NCBI GenBank assembly: GCA_963676835.2
Contig: CAXXFF010000002.1
Span: forward strand, 1,280,001-1,344,000
DNA length: 64,000 nucleotides
Origin: Marispirochaeta sp.
Lineage (GTDB): Bacteria > Spirochaetota > Spirochaetia > JC444 > Marispirochaetaceae
Direction of reading: 5' to 3'
A program made the position numbers and the translations under genes. The notes beneath the pieces were generated by a model. The model did no database searches, was not told the origin of the DNA, and worked only from the letters and a program-made list of their open reading frames with translations. This document shows, in pieces, positions 27,650 to 38,229 of the stretch (position 1 is the stretch's first letter; the number at the start of each line of letters is the position of its first letter).

Positions 27650-28378
27650 CTATTCTTCTCTGACCGGATTCTTGAGAATACCGATGCCTTCGATCTCGAT
27701 TTCAACGGTATCACCGTCTTTCAGGGGGCTGACGCCGGAGGGAGTGCCGGTTGCAATAATATCTCCCGGCTCAAGACTTACATTTTTACTTATGTAGCTG
27801 ATAATCTTTGCCACGGAAAAGATCATCAGACTGGTGTCCGAATCCTGTGCGGTTTTTCCGTTTACTCTGGCTGTAATTTTCATTGTCTGGGGGTCTTTCA
27901 TCTGCTCCGCAGGGACAATTACCGGACCGATGGGGCCGAAGGTATCGAAGGATTTTCCCCGGAACCAGCCGGATTTATCACTTTTCTGTATATTACGGGC
28001 CGAAACATCATTAAAACAGGTGTAGCCGTAAACGTGATTCAATGCTTCCTCTTCAGGAATATTCTTCCCTCCGGTACCGATAATTACGGCAAGCTCCGCT
28101 TCGTGGTCTATTCTGAGGTTGTCAAAATTGTAACTTTTAAGAAAACGGGGAATAACAATCTCGTCACCGGGTCCAATAAGGACATTGGGGGTTTTTGCAA
28201 AAAGTACCGGTTCCTTCGGCAGGTCCAGGTCTGCATTCCCCTGTTTGTTTCCAAACTCCTTTTCGAACACGTGACTCTCTTTTACATGTTCCAGGTAGTT
28301 AAGCCCCACTGCGACAATCTTTGTGGGATTGATGGTATACGTTTCGTTTGTGCCGGAAACTGGCAGAATTACAGCCAT
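27650..28378 (-). CDS. Fumarylacetoacetate hydrolase family protein
   Basis: VGLNYLEH, DHEAELAVIIG, NDVSAR, KSFDTFGPIGP, GDIIATGTPSG. Confidence 0.93.
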   Translation of the reverse strand: MAVILPVSGTNETYTINPTKIVAVGLNYLEHVKESHVFEKEFGNKQGNADLDLPKEPVLFAKTPNVLIGPGDEIVIPRFLKSYNFDNLRIDHEAELAVIIGTGGKNIPEEEALNHVYGYTCFNDVSARNIQKSDKSGWFRGKSFDTFGPIGPVIVPAEQMKDPQTMKITARVNGKTAQDSDTSLMIFSVAKIISYISKNVSLEPGDIIATGTPSGVSPLKDGDTVEIEIEGIGILKNPVREE

Positions 28379-28440
28379 GATAACCTCCTTATGGCGGAAA
28401 AATAACCGAAATTTAACATTTCTCTTTTACCCTTTGTGCG

Positions 28441-30198
28441 ATGACAGCAGATGCAGAGAAAAGAATATTCCTTGTAGATAGTACCAGTCCTTTTTTTGTA
28501 GGTAAACTGAAGTCCACCATAAACTGGTCAAAAGTTCCCTACGCACGTCTGGAGAACCAGGGAAAAAAGGGCATAATCCGCAAAAAAACCTGGAAGGACA
28601 TCCGGGATCGTTATGGAAAATACCTGAAGAAGATCAAAGCCTATGGATTCAACTCTGTATCCCTGGATGAACTGTGCTATATGCTTGATTTTCCTTTTTA
28701 TCCCGATGCGGTACGCAGCAATATTTTCAGGTATCGCAAAAGGCTGGGGCAGCTTATTACCCTTGCGGTCGAAAACGGTATCCGGGTGTTTATTACCAGC
28801 GACATAATGTTTTCCAATCCGGACCTGAAACAGAATGTCCCTTCCGATTTTGAGTCACAGCTCAGGCTGCTCAAGGTCTCTGTTGAGAGTTTTTTCCGCA
28901 TGTACCCCGATGTTTCCGGAATAATCTTCCGCATGGGCGAAGCCGACGGGGTGGATGTTAAAGGCTTTTTCCACTCAAAATTGCTTATCCGCACCCCTTC
29001 CCAGGGTAACAGGCTTATCCGGGAGATGCTTCCCGTGTTTGAAGCAGCCGAAAAAACGATGATCTTCCGTATCTGGTCTCCCGGCGCCTACGCAATCGGG
29101 GATATCATGTGGAACCGGAAAACCCTTAACCGGCTTATCCGCGGGATTAATTCGGAGAGTTTTATTCTTTCCCTCAAATACGGGGAGTCGGACTATTTCC
29201 GCTATCTGCGGCTCAGTCCCAACTTCCGTGGCCTGCAGGTTAAGTTCATTGTGGAGTTCCAGACCCGGCGGGAGTATGAGGGATTCGGTTCCTACCCCTC
29301 TTTTGTGGGCTGGGAATACCGGCAGTTCCACCGGAAAATAAAGGATCACCCTAACTTTTGCGGTATCCAGGTGTGGTGCCAGACCGGTGGCTGGTCCGGT
29401 TTCCGCAACTATACCTTTATGAAGGGCTCATCCATCTGGAATGAGCTGAATACCTGGGTAACTATCCGCATGTTCCGTTATAATCAGGGAATAAAAAAAT
29501 CAACTTCCAAATTTCTCCGTCGTTTTATTCTGAAGGACAGAAAGCTGGCAGGGGAAGAACTGAAGCAAAAATCCCTGCAGTTCCGCCGGTTTCTTAAGCT
29601 TGCTGACTTCCTGGTGCTCAGGGTGCTGTACATCCGGGGATTTGCAGCTCAAAGGCGCTATTTCTTTCGCATGCGGGTTCCTCCCCTGGTTCATGTATTC
29701 TGGGATACCATAAGTGTCAGCCCGGTAATGCGGATTCTTATCCGCTCCACAGGCGCCCGCTGTGAGCTGAAACACAAAAAGGTACAAAAGGCTCTGGCGG
29801 AAATGCAGAATATTGCTGAAAATCTTAACCTGAAATACGACGGGGAGTATCATAAAGATCTCTTTACCGTGTACGCCTATGCCCAGGAAGCTCTTACTGC
29901 CGATGATCCGTCAGATGCAGCCGCACAGCTTTCAGTGCTGTCTCCGGCTTTCAATGCAAAATATGAGGGTTTATGCCGTATTTCACTGCTTCCCCTGAAA
30001 CGCTCTGTTGGCGGTCTGTTTGTGCTTCAGTTTGCAAAGACCGCCCTGCGCGGACGTTCAGCATACAGGCTCATCGACCGCATTCTGTTCAATTCCCTGC
30101 TGCGGCATTTTTATGTGCTGCTTATACGGCTCAACCGTAGAAGGCTCCCGGGGGTGGTTAACTCCCGGGCAATGAGTGCCGAGGATCTTCTATCCTGA
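28441..30198 (+). CDS. Hypothetical protein, possibly glycoside-hydrolase-like TIM barrel
   Basis: 585-aa ORF; GIIFRMGEADG, KYGESDYFRY, EFQTRREYEG, WCQTGGW look like conserved enzyme motifs; family not firmly recognised. Confidence 0.5.
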   Translation: MTADAEKRIFLVDSTSPFFVGKLKSTINWSKVPYARLENQGKKGIIRKKTWKDIRDRYGKYLKKIKAYGFNSVSLDELCYMLDFPFYPDAVRSNIFRYRKRLGQLITLAVENGIRVFITSDIMFSNPDLKQNVPSDFESQLRLLKVSVESFFRMYPDVSGIIFRMGEADGVDVKGFFHSKLLIRTPSQGNRLIREMLPVFEAAEKTMIFRIWSPGAYAIGDIMWNRKTLNRLIRGINSESFILSLKYGESDYFRYLRLSPNFRGLQVKFIVEFQTRREYEGFGSYPSFVGWEYRQFHRKIKDHPNFCGIQVWCQTGGWSGFRNYTFMKGSSIWNELNTWVTIRMFRYNQGIKKSTSKFLRRFILKDRKLAGEELKQKSLQFRRFLKLADFLVLRVLYIRGFAAQRRYFFRMRVPPLVHVFWDTISVSPVMRILIRSTGARCELKHKKVQKALAEMQNIAENLNLKYDGEYHKDLFTVYAYAQEALTADDPSDAAAQLSVLSPAFNAKYEGLCRISLLPLKRSVGGLFVLQFAKTALRGRSAYRLIDRILFNSLLRHFYVLLIRLNRRRLPGVVNSRAMSAEDLLS

Positions 30199-30250
30199 GA
30201 GCATCTATATTGGGGAATTTATAGAGATTTTTAAACAGCGATGAGAATTC

Positions 30251-30312
30251 TGCACCAATTTGGTGATTCTGAAAGCAGAAACGTTGACATGGGAATAGGA
30301 TTTAAGTACCGT
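30251..30312 (+). promoter_or_regulatory. Promoter of the nucleoside ABC operon with an upstream NtrC-like box
   Basis: TGCACCAATTTGGTGAT (30251-30267); TTGACA 30284-30289, 17 bp spacer, TACCGT. Confidence 0.5.
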
Positions 30313-30353
30313 AAAACGTATATCAACTAGCAGGATCACAAGGAGTGATGCAG

Positions 30354-31559
30354 ATGAAAAAGATTCTTCTCGCCCTTCTCATTGTAGCTGTGCTGTTTAT
30401 GGCCGGCTGTCAGAAGAAAGAGGCTCCCGCGGCGGCTGCCCCCGAGCAGGCTGCACCGGCAGAGGAAAAAGTTAAAGCCGGCTTTGTTTATATCGGACCC
30501 GCCGGTGACTACGGATGGACTTATGCCCACGATCAGGGCAGACTTTATGCAGAAAAGGAACTCCCCTGGCTGGAGACTGTTACCGTGGAAAGTGTTCCCG
30601 AGGGAGACGCTGTACGGTTTATCGACCGCCTTGTTCAGGAGCAGAAAGTGGATATCGTATTCACCACCAGCTTCGGTTATATGGATGATACTGTAGCTGC
30701 AGCTGCAAAGTATCCCGACACCACCTTCTTCCACTGTTCCGGTTTCAAACGGGCTCCCAATCTGGGAACCTACATGGGCGATATGTATCAGATCTACTAC
30801 ATGAACGGTCTTATGGCCGGAGCCCTGACCAAATCCAATAAAATCGGCTATGTTGCGGCATTCCCCATTCCCGAACTCTTCCGCCACATGAATGCCTTTG
30901 CCCTTGGAATCAAGGAAGTTAATCCCGATGCAGAAGTTCATGTAAAGTGGACCTATGCATGGTACGGTCCCGATGATGCCCGTGAAGCTGCCGAAGCCCT
31001 GGTTGCCGAAGGCTGTGATGCCCTTGCCTTTACGGAAGATACCCCCACGGTTATTGAAGTAGCCCAGGAGCATACCGAGAAAGGTGAAATGGTCTATGCC
31101 TTCAGCCACTACAGCCCCATGCAGCAGTACGGCGAAGACGCGGTTGTTTCCGGTCAGCTTACCGACTGGGGTGTTCTCTACAAACAGATGCTTGAAGACT
31201 ACAAGGCCGACAAGCTGGGAGACATGAACAACTACGATCTCCTCTGGCTTATGGATCAGAATGCCGTTGAGCTTGGTGCATCATGGAACGAGAAAATCAA
31301 TCCTGCATTTGTGGATGAGCTTAAGGGCATTTCAACAGACAACAAGGATTTCGGTTCAATTTCTGTATACGATCTGGTTATGAAACGTTATGACCAGATG
31401 AAGACAGGTCGGAATGATTTTGATCCTTTTACCGGACCGATCATGGATCAGGATGGAAATGTAACTGTTCCTGAAGGTGAAATTGCATCTATTCCTCATC
31501 TTTTTGCGGAGATGATGTACCAGGTGGATAACTTCGCCACTCCCGTACCCAAGAGCTGA
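30354..31559 (+). CDS. BMP-family nucleoside/purine ABC substrate-binding lipoprotein
   Basis: Lipobox FMAGC, GFVYIGPAGDYGWTYAHDQGR, FTTSFGYMD, IGYVAAFPIPE. Confidence 0.92.
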   Translation: MKKILLALLIVAVLFMAGCQKKEAPAAAAPEQAAPAEEKVKAGFVYIGPAGDYGWTYAHDQGRLYAEKELPWLETVTVESVPEGDAVRFIDRLVQEQKVDIVFTTSFGYMDDTVAAAAKYPDTTFFHCSGFKRAPNLGTYMGDMYQIYYMNGLMAGALTKSNKIGYVAAFPIPELFRHMNAFALGIKEVNPDAEVHVKWTYAWYGPDDAREAAEALVAEGCDALAFTEDTPTVIEVAQEHTEKGEMVYAFSHYSPMQQYGEDAVVSGQLTDWGVLYKQMLEDYKADKLGDMNNYDLLWLMDQNAVELGASWNEKINPAFVDELKGISTDNKDFGSISVYDLVMKRYDQMKTGRNDFDPFTGPIMDQDGNVTVPEGEIASIPHLFAEMMYQVDNFATPVPKS

Positions 31560-31584
31560 TTAGGGTTCCTGGTTTAGAACATAC

Positions 31585-31619
31585 AGGCCCGCCCGGGATT
31601 AACCCGGCGGGCCTTTTTT
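31585..31619 (+). terminator. Intra-operon hairpin/terminator after the binding-protein gene
   Basis: AGGCCCGCC..GGCGGGCCT followed by a T-run. Confidence 0.75.
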
Positions 31620-31675
31620 ATGGCACAGAGAGAAAAAATCTGGTAGGGTTAAGGCTGGCCGAAGGGAGGAGTCAA

Positions 31676-33217
31676 GTGGAACGGATCCGGACGCTGGAAA
31701 TGCGGGATATTGGAAAAAGTTTTGTCGGAGTGACCGCCAATGAAGATGTTTCGCTTCATCTGAAAGCCGGAGAGATTCTAGGGCTCCTGGGGGAGAACGG
31801 TGCGGGGAAAACCACCCTCATGAATATCCTCTTCGGTCTTTACAAGCCGGATGGCGGCACCATTTTCATAAATGATGCTCCTGTCAATTTTCGCTCACCC
31901 CGGGATGCCATGAATGCAGGCATCGGCATGATTCATCAGCACTTTATGCTGGTGCAGAAGCATACGGTGGTTGAGAACGTTATTCTGGGAATGGAGGATG
32001 TACCCTTTTTCTTTCCCCGGAAGCATGTTAAGGAGCGGCTCAGACAGTTCAGTGAACAGTTCGGCCTTTCCGTTGATCCCGATGCACCGGTCTGGAAACT
32101 TTCCGCCGGAGAACAGCAGCGGGTGGAAATTCTCAAAGCCCTTATTCGTAATGCGGATCTGCTGATTATGGATGAGCCTACTTCGGTGCTCACCCCGGCT
32201 GAAGCAGATGAGCTTTTCGAAATACTTAAAAAAATGAGTGCCGAAGGTCATTCGGTAATACTTATCAGCCATAAGCTTGATGAGATTATGAAGATCTGTA
32301 ACCGCGTGGAAGTACTGCGCAAAGGCAAGGTTACCGGGCAGGCTGAGATCAAGGATGTTACCACCGAAGATCTTGCCCGCATGATGGTGGGCCGTCGGGT
32401 GGCCGATTCCTTTCCCAAGGCGGATGTTGCTCCCGGCGAGATTGTTCTTCAGGTAAACTCCCTGAAGGTGAGTAACGATCAGGGGATGCCCGCAGTAAAA
32501 GGTGTCAGCTTTGCGGTACGAAGAAATGAGATATTCGGCATTGCCGGTGTTTCCGGTAACGGTCAGCTGGAATTGGTGGAGTGTATTACCGGGCTGCGCA
32601 AGGCCTCTGAGGGGCAGGTTCTGCTTGAGGGCGCAGATGTTACCAATAATTCACCCCGAAATCTGCACGACCGGGGAATGAGTCATGTTCCTGAAGAGCG
32701 GATAAAGTTCGGCATTGTTCCCAACCTGTTTCTCTATGAAAATGCCGTACTGAAGCACCATCATGTGCCGCCCTATTCAATACGCAATATTATGAACTAT
32801 CCCCGTATCCGGACCCATGCGGAAGAGCTGGTAAAGGGGTTTCAGGTTTCCACACCCTCAATCAACGCACCCATGAAGAATCTTTCCGGCGGAAATATTC
32901 AGAAGTTGATACTGGGGAGGGAAATCTCTTCCAATCCGGTGCTTATGATTGCCGCTCATCCTACCTACGGTCTGGATGTGGGGGCTGCCGAATATATCCG
33001 TACCCAGCTGGTTCAGCGCAGGGATTCCGGCGGTGCCATTCTGCTGGTTTCAGAAGATCTTGAGGAACTGTTTATGGTCTGTGACCGTATTGCGGTTATT
33101 TATGAAGGAAGGTTTATGGGGGTAGTTGAGCCCGGCAGTTGTGATTTTGAAAAGATCGGTATGATGATGGCCGGTGCAGGTTCCTACACCACCGAGGAGG
33201 CCTGTGATGAGGATTGA
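31676..33217 (+). CDS. Nucleoside ABC transporter ATPase (two NBDs)
   Basis: GENGAGKTT, MIHQHFML, GVSGNGQ, LSGGNIQK. Confidence 0.93.
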   Translation: MERIRTLEMRDIGKSFVGVTANEDVSLHLKAGEILGLLGENGAGKTTLMNILFGLYKPDGGTIFINDAPVNFRSPRDAMNAGIGMIHQHFMLVQKHTVVENVILGMEDVPFFFPRKHVKERLRQFSEQFGLSVDPDAPVWKLSAGEQQRVEILKALIRNADLLIMDEPTSVLTPAEADELFEILKKMSAEGHSVILISHKLDEIMKICNRVEVLRKGKVTGQAEIKDVTTEDLARMMVGRRVADSFPKADVAPGEIVLQVNSLKVSNDQGMPAVKGVSFAVRRNEIFGIAGVSGNGQLELVECITGLRKASEGQVLLEGADVTNNSPRNLHDRGMSHVPEERIKFGIVPNLFLYENAVLKHHHVPPYSIRNIMNYPRIRTHAEELVKGFQVSTPSINAPMKNLSGGNIQKLILGREISSNPVLMIAAHPTYGLDVGAAEYIRTQLVQRRDSGGAILLVSEDLEELFMVCDRIAVIYEGRFMGVVEPGSCDFEKIGMMMAGAGSYTTEEACDED

Positions 33218-34283
33218 AGTAGTCCCCCGGGAGCAGGTATCCCGGACACTTGAGATTACCGTTCTTTTGACATCTCTCCTCGGAGGGCTTGCCGCAGTGG
33301 GGCTGGTCTTCCTCATAAAGCAGATTAACCCGTTTTTCGCGCTGGGAAGCATTTTTTCCGCCTCTTTCGGCAGCTTCTTCGGTTTCAAGGAGACTGTCAC
33401 CAAGGCGATTCCCCTGATTCTTGTCGGTTCCGGTCTTGCTCTGGCCTTCCGGGCCAAGTTCTGGAATATCGGTGCAGAGAGCCAGATTCTGGCCGGCGCC
33501 ATCTGTGCCACCTGGGTTGGGCTGCACTGGGGGCCGGCTCTTCCGGCGATTCTTATCATACCCATAATGTTTGCCGCAGGTTTTGTCGGCGGCGCCCTCT
33601 GGGGAATGGTTCCTGCCATTCTGAAGATACGCTTTGGCATAAACGAGGTAATCTCAACTTTGATGCTCAATTATGTGGCGGCAGAGTTTGTGAAGTTTCT
33701 GGTTGTGGGACCATGGAAGGGTACCACCAAGTACGGCTATCCCTATACCGATGACCTTCCGCCTCAGGCTATTCTCAAGCTGATTCCCTACTCAAGGATC
33801 TCGCCTTTTCTGGTGGGACTTGCCCTTGCGGTGGCCTGTATTCTGGCCTTTATTATTTTCCGTACCCGTTTCGGCTACGAGGTTCGGGTTATCGGAGAGA
33901 ACCCCGAAGCTGCCCGCTATGCGGGGATAGATTTTTTCAGAACCAGCCTGCTGCTTATGGCTATTTCCGGCGGTATTGCGGGCCTTGCGGGGACCGGAGA
34001 GCTTTCGACCATACATCATCACCTGAGTTATCCCGAAACCCTGAGTGCGGGTTATGGTTTCTCCGGTATTATTGTTGCCTGGCTGGGAAGGCTTAATCCG
34101 TTACTGGTAATAATTTCGGGGTTTTTCCTGGCCGGAATTGTGGTCGGCGGGGATGCGATCCAGATGTCCCTGGGGCTGCCCGCGGCGACAGTACAGATTT
34201 TCAACGGTCTGATTCTCACCTTTCTTATTACCGGAGAGTTCTTCCTCCGGCACCGCTTGCGAATCAGAAAGAAGGTAGGCTGA
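33207..34283 (+). CDS. Nucleoside ABC transporter permease
   Basis: WNIGAESQ, INEVISTLMLNY, GENPEAARYAG, GYGFSGIIVAWLG; start moved to 33207. Confidence 0.9.
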   Translation: MRIEVVPREQVSRTLEITVLLTSLLGGLAAVGLVFLIKQINPFFALGSIFSASFGSFFGFKETVTKAIPLILVGSGLALAFRAKFWNIGAESQILAGAICATWVGLHWGPALPAILIIPIMFAAGFVGGALWGMVPAILKIRFGINEVISTLMLNYVAAEFVKFLVVGPWKGTTKYGYPYTDDLPPQAILKLIPYSRISPFLVGLALAVACILAFIIFRTRFGYEVRVIGENPEAARYAGIDFFRTSLLLMAISGGIAGLAGTGELSTIHHHLSYPETLSAGYGFSGIIVAWLGRLNPLLVIISGFFLAGIVVGGDAIQMSLGLPAATVQIFNGLILTFLITGEFFLRHRLRIRKKVG

Positions 34284-34284
34284 T

Positions 34285-35211
34285 ATGGAAGAGATAATTA
34301 TCTCCATTCTTATACGTACAATTGTTGCGGGAACTCCTCTTCTGCTGGGAACCATGGGGGAGGTTATCTGTGAAAGATCGGGTATTCTCAATCTCGGTGT
34401 CGAGGGAATGATGGCCATGGGGGCTGTTACCGGGTTTATTGTTACCTTTCAGACACAAAACCCCTGGCTGGGTATGCTGGCTGCTGTCGGTATCGGCGGT
34501 CTGCTTGCATCCCTGCATGCCTTTGTTTCAATTACCCTGCGGGGAAATCAGACGGTTTCCGGCCTTGCTCTTACCATGCTGGGAATCGGGCTTTCCGGCC
34601 TCTGGGGAAAGCCTTTTATCGGTAAGCCTCTTACGGTAAAAATGTCCGCGGTAAAAATCCCCCTGCTGTCAGATATTCCCGTTCTGGGCAGGGTGCTGTT
34701 TCAGCACGATCCCTATTTTTACTTCTCCGTTATTCTGGGGCTCCTGGTCTGGTTCCTTTTACGCTATACCACCATTGGTATAAACCTCCGTTCGGTGGGA
34801 GAGAATCCCCGGGCGGCGGAAAGTCAGGGGATCAAGGTCTGGCTGTATAAATACACGGCGGTTATTGTGGGCGGCATGTTTGCCGGTCTTGCCGGGGCCC
34901 ACCTGTCCACGGCCTACAGTAAGTCCTGGATTGAGGGTATGGTGGCCGGCCGAGGCTGGATCGTAATTGCTCTGACCATTTTCAGCCTCTGGGAACCGCC
35001 CCGGGCGTTTCTGGGTGCCTACCTTTTCGGGGGAATCTTTGTTCTACAGTATATGCTGCAGTCCAGGGGAATCAGTCCCAATCTGCTGGCTATGCTTCCC
35101 TATCTGACAACTCTTATTATCCTGCTTGCCTACGGCTTTACCTCCGGAGGGCGCCGTAAAATGAATGCCCCCGCAACTCTCGGGGAACCCTACAGGCCGG
35201 GAGAGCGTTAA
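34285..35211 (+). CDS. Nucleoside ABC transporter permease
   Basis: ERSGILNLGVEGMM, SVGENPRAA, AGRGWIVIAL, PATLGEPY. Confidence 0.92.
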   Translation: MEEIIISILIRTIVAGTPLLLGTMGEVICERSGILNLGVEGMMAMGAVTGFIVTFQTQNPWLGMLAAVGIGGLLASLHAFVSITLRGNQTVSGLALTMLGIGLSGLWGKPFIGKPLTVKMSAVKIPLLSDIPVLGRVLFQHDPYFYFSVILGLLVWFLLRYTTIGINLRSVGENPRAAESQGIKVWLYKYTAVIVGGMFAGLAGAHLSTAYSKSWIEGMVAGRGWIVIALTIFSLWEPPRAFLGAYLFGGIFVLQYMLQSRGISPNLLAMLPYLTTLIILLAYGFTSGGRRKMNAPATLGEPYRPGER

Positions 35212-35549
35212 AGGATTATTTTCAGGTCTGCATTTGCAATGCTTATGGTATCGTGGACGGCAACTTTATAGTATTTGTTGGGCTTAATCTTTTTTCCATT
35301 GATGAAAGTCCCATTGGAGCTGTGCAGATCACGGATGTAATAGTCGGCCTTGATCTTGTGCAGCTCCGCGTGGTAACGGGAGACCAGCTGATTGTCAATA
35401 ACGATGCTGTTTTCCCTGTCCCTTCCGATTGAAGCCTTTGCCACCAGGGGAATCTTTTTCCCCTGGAAGAGCAGGCAGTAGTTTTCACCTTTTTTAATCT
35501 CTTTAAGGCGCTTGCCTATGGGAGAAGTGCTGTAAATGGTCTCGTCCAT
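35208..35549 (-). CDS. Stand-alone FHA-domain protein
   Basis: IGR, VSRYHA, DLHSSNGTFING motifs. Confidence 0.9.
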   Translation of the reverse strand: MDETIYSTSPIGKRLKEIKKGENYCLLFQGKKIPLVAKASIGRDRENSIVIDNQLVSRYHAELHKIKADYYIRDLHSSNGTFINGKKIKPNKYYKVAVHDTISIANADLKIIL

Positions 35550-35567
35550 TCAGGCTCCTCGCTGAAG

Positions 35568-36095
35568 TTATAGGGAGGCCGCTGCTTCCCTGTCGTGGGC
35601 GTCAATATCCTCTGCATCCCAGGGGTAGACCACCCAGTGGTCTTCAATCTCTTCTCCGAAAAATATCTGATTGATCTCTTCCGGGTAGGTTCCGTTTTTC
35701 TGTTTCAGTTTATTGTGAATAACCGCAACAGCTATCTCTTCGGGGTCGTGGGAGAGCAGTTCCCGCAGGCAGTATTCCAGAGTAACCCTGGAATCATCAA
35801 TCTCATCCACTAAGAGAACTTTCTTGCCGGTAAGCTTCTGTTCAACTTCGTCAATCCATTGAATCTTCTGAGGACTCTCGGCCGGCTTGTTATCCGGGCC
35901 GTAGAGTTTAAGTCCTACCGTTAAAATAGGCAGGTCAAGATAGGTTTTGAGTATCCGGGCAGGAATAAATCCTCCGGTTCCGATAGCAACAATAAGGTCT
36001 GGATTGAATCCGGACGTCTGGATTTTCTTCGCAAGTTCCTGGACGGACCTGTGAATATCCTGATAGGTAAAATAGAGCTTTGTAGGTGTATCCAT
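35568..36095 (-). CDS. Type I phosphoribosyltransferase (xanthine/hypoxanthine-guanine PRT-like)
   Basis: IGTGGFIPARIL, VLLVDEIDDSRVTL PRPP motif, WVVYPWD; start moved to ATG 36095 with GAGG RBS. Confidence 0.88.
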   Translation of the reverse strand: MDTPTKLYFTYQDIHRSVQELAKKIQTSGFNPDLIVAIGTGGFIPARILKTYLDLPILTVGLKLYGPDNKPAESPQKIQWIDEVEQKLTGKKVLLVDEIDDSRVTLEYCLRELLSHDPEEIAVAVIHNKLKQKNGTYPEEINQIFFGEEIEDHWVVYPWDAEDIDAHDREAAASL

Positions 36096-36268
36096 TACCT
36101 CTAAACCATAGTCCGGACTGGTGAAATTTACAAGGGAAAGAGCTTTTCTCAATGCGATATTTATACCAGCGGGTTTTCTCCCTTGCCGTTCCCGCTTCTC
36201 TCTGATTATACTACTTCTTTATTTCGAACTTTCGACTTTCTTTCGACGTATCAGTCAGGGAGGTACTT

Positions 36269-37264
36269 ATGCCGGTTAATCTGCGGGGACGCAATTTTAT
36301 TACTCTCAAGGATTTCTCTCAGCAGGAGATCCGCTATCTACTCGATCTTTCCCTTGATCTCAAGCGAAAGAAGCGTTCCGGTATACCGGGAGACCTGCTT
36401 TACCGTCGCAATATAGTTCTTCTTTTCGAAAAAACTTCCACCCGTACCCGCTGCGCGTTTGAAGTTGCCGCTTTTGATGAAGGCGCCAGGGTAACTTTTC
36501 TAACGAACAGCCAGATGGGTAAGAAGGAATCCATCGAGGATACCGCCCGGGTTCTCGGGCGCATGTACGACGGAATAGAGTTCCGCGGTTTTGAGCAGAA
36601 AACAGTTGAAGAGTTGGCGGCCAATGCAGGGGTACCGGTCTGGAACGGCCTTACCGATATGTATCACCCCACTCAGGTTCTTGCAGACCTTATGACCATG
36701 GAAGAGCTTATTCCCAAGCCCTTGTCAAAGATGAAGCTTGCCTATGTGGGGGATGCCCGCAATAATATGGGTAACTCGCTGATGATCGGCTGTGCCAAGA
36801 TGGGTATCGATTTTACCGCAGTTGCACCCAAAGAGCTTTTTCCCGAACAGTCTCTGGTTGATGAGATGAGGGAACTGGGAGCCGCAACGGGCGCCAAGAT
36901 TGAACTTTCCGAGGATATTCCCCGGGGAGTACTGGGGGCCGATGCGGTATACACCGATGTCTGGGTTTCCATGGGAGAAGAGGCAAAGTTTGCCGAAAGG
37001 ATTGGTCAGTTGAAACCCTATCAGGTTACTGCGGAAATGATGTCTATGACGGGAAATCCGGATACGCTTTTTCTCCACTGCCTGCCTTCCTTTCATGATC
37101 TTCAGACCGATACAGGCAAACTGGTAAAAGAGGAGTACGGACTGGACGCCATGGAGGTGACCGATGAGGTGTTTGAAAGCGCCAATTCAGTTGTTTTCGA
37201 TCAGGCGGAAAACCGGATGCATACCATCAAGGCCGTGATGGTGGCTACCATCGGAAACCTATAG
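36269..37264 (+). CDS. argF: Ornithine carbamoyltransferase
   Basis: [38 protein letters not shown]. Confidence 0.95.
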   Translation: MPVNLRGRNFITLKDFSQQEIRYLLDLSLDLKRKKRSGIPGDLLYRRNIVLLFEKTSTRTRCAFEVAAFDEGARVTFLTNSQMGKKESIEDTARVLGRMYDGIEFRGFEQKTVEELAANAGVPVWNGLTDMYHPTQVLADLMTMEELIPKPLSKMKLAYVGDARNNMGNSLMIGCAKMGIDFTAVAPKELFPEQSLVDEMRELGAATGAKIELSEDIPRGVLGADAVYTDVWVSMGEEAKFAERIGQLKPYQVTAEMMSMTGNPDTLFLHCLPSFHDLQTDTGKLVKEEYGLDAMEVTDEVFESANSVVFDQAENRMHTIKAVMVATIGNL

Positions 37265-38083
37265 CTCTACCTTATCCGGATCAAAGCCTTTCAGGCTTTC
37301 CATTACCGGTTCGGGATAGTCGGTAAAAATGCCCCGGACTCCCAGGCGGAACAATTCCTTCGCCTTGTCCGGGTCGTTAACCGTCCAGACCTGCACAGGA
37401 ATTCCCGCTTTTCCCCAGCTTTGAACCAGCCGTTTGTCTACCACCCGCAGATTCCCGTGAAACTCCGGTACCTGAAAAAGTCTGCCTTTCAGAAGACGGC
37501 TAAGTCCCGGTGCTGTCAATGACAGGGGCGGCCGGTTGAATACTACTGCGGTACGCACTTCCATGGGGGTCATGGAGGTTATACATTCCGGCGCATTACG
37601 GCGGAAGCGTTTGAGTACCGGGCCGTTGAAGCTGCCGGTGATTATCCGTTTCCAGGCCCGGTGCTGTGCCAGAATCTCTGCATATCTGTCGGCTATTTCG
37701 GTGTTGCGGCTTTTCAGGTCGATGTTGAATACTCCGTCGGGAAACTCTTCCAGGAGTTCTTCAAGAGTCATAATGTAGAGTCCGCGGTTTCTGAAGGGAA
37801 AACCGGATGCTTCGTTGTGGCTGTACCCGGCATCCAGGCAGCGAAGATCTTCAAGTGTAGAATCCTCGATCCTGATATTCTTTTCTGTATTACGGCCGGT
37901 ATATTCATCGTGCCAGAGGACTATCCTGCCGTCCGCGGTCAGGTGGGCATCTGTTTCCACCATGGGGCAGCCGATCTCAAAGGCGCTGCGGAAGGCAGGC
38001 AGGGTATTTTCGGGAAAGCGGCCTGAATTGCCCCGGTGGGCGAAAATTCCTGTACGCAAATTAAGGATATCTGCTGCTGTCAC
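37259..38083 (-). CDS. Glycerophosphodiester phosphodiesterase
   Basis: FAHRG, PENTL, VETD, LWHD, NIDLK, VWTVN, GIFTDYP. Confidence 0.93.
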   Translation of the reverse strand: MTAADILNLRTGIFAHRGNSGRFPENTLPAFRSAFEIGCPMVETDAHLTADGRIVLWHDEYTGRNTEKNIRIEDSTLEDLRCLDAGYSHNEASGFPFRNRGLYIMTLEELLEEFPDGVFNIDLKSRNTEIADRYAEILAQHRAWKRIITGSFNGPVLKRFRRNAPECITSMTPMEVRTAVVFNRPPLSLTAPGLSRLLKGRLFQVPEFHGNLRVVDKRLVQSWGKAGIPVQVWTVNDPDKAKELFRLGVRGIFTDYPEPVMESLKGFDPDKVEL

Positions 38084-38229
38084 TGTTGTGCTCCTGGATT
38101 AAGAGTATCGCCGGTGTAGCAATATTGCAACAATGGGGTAATTGTTTGCTTGAGGGCTGAAAAAAGCCATGGTATACTTCCGCAGTGCTATGTTTGTATA
38201 CGAAATAGTATTTTAGTGGAGCAATCTCG

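Noticed and set aside
38115..38132. Palindrome as a Rex operator
   Set aside because: 7-4-7 geometry fits but the arms differ from TTGTGAA/TTCACAA; left unassigned
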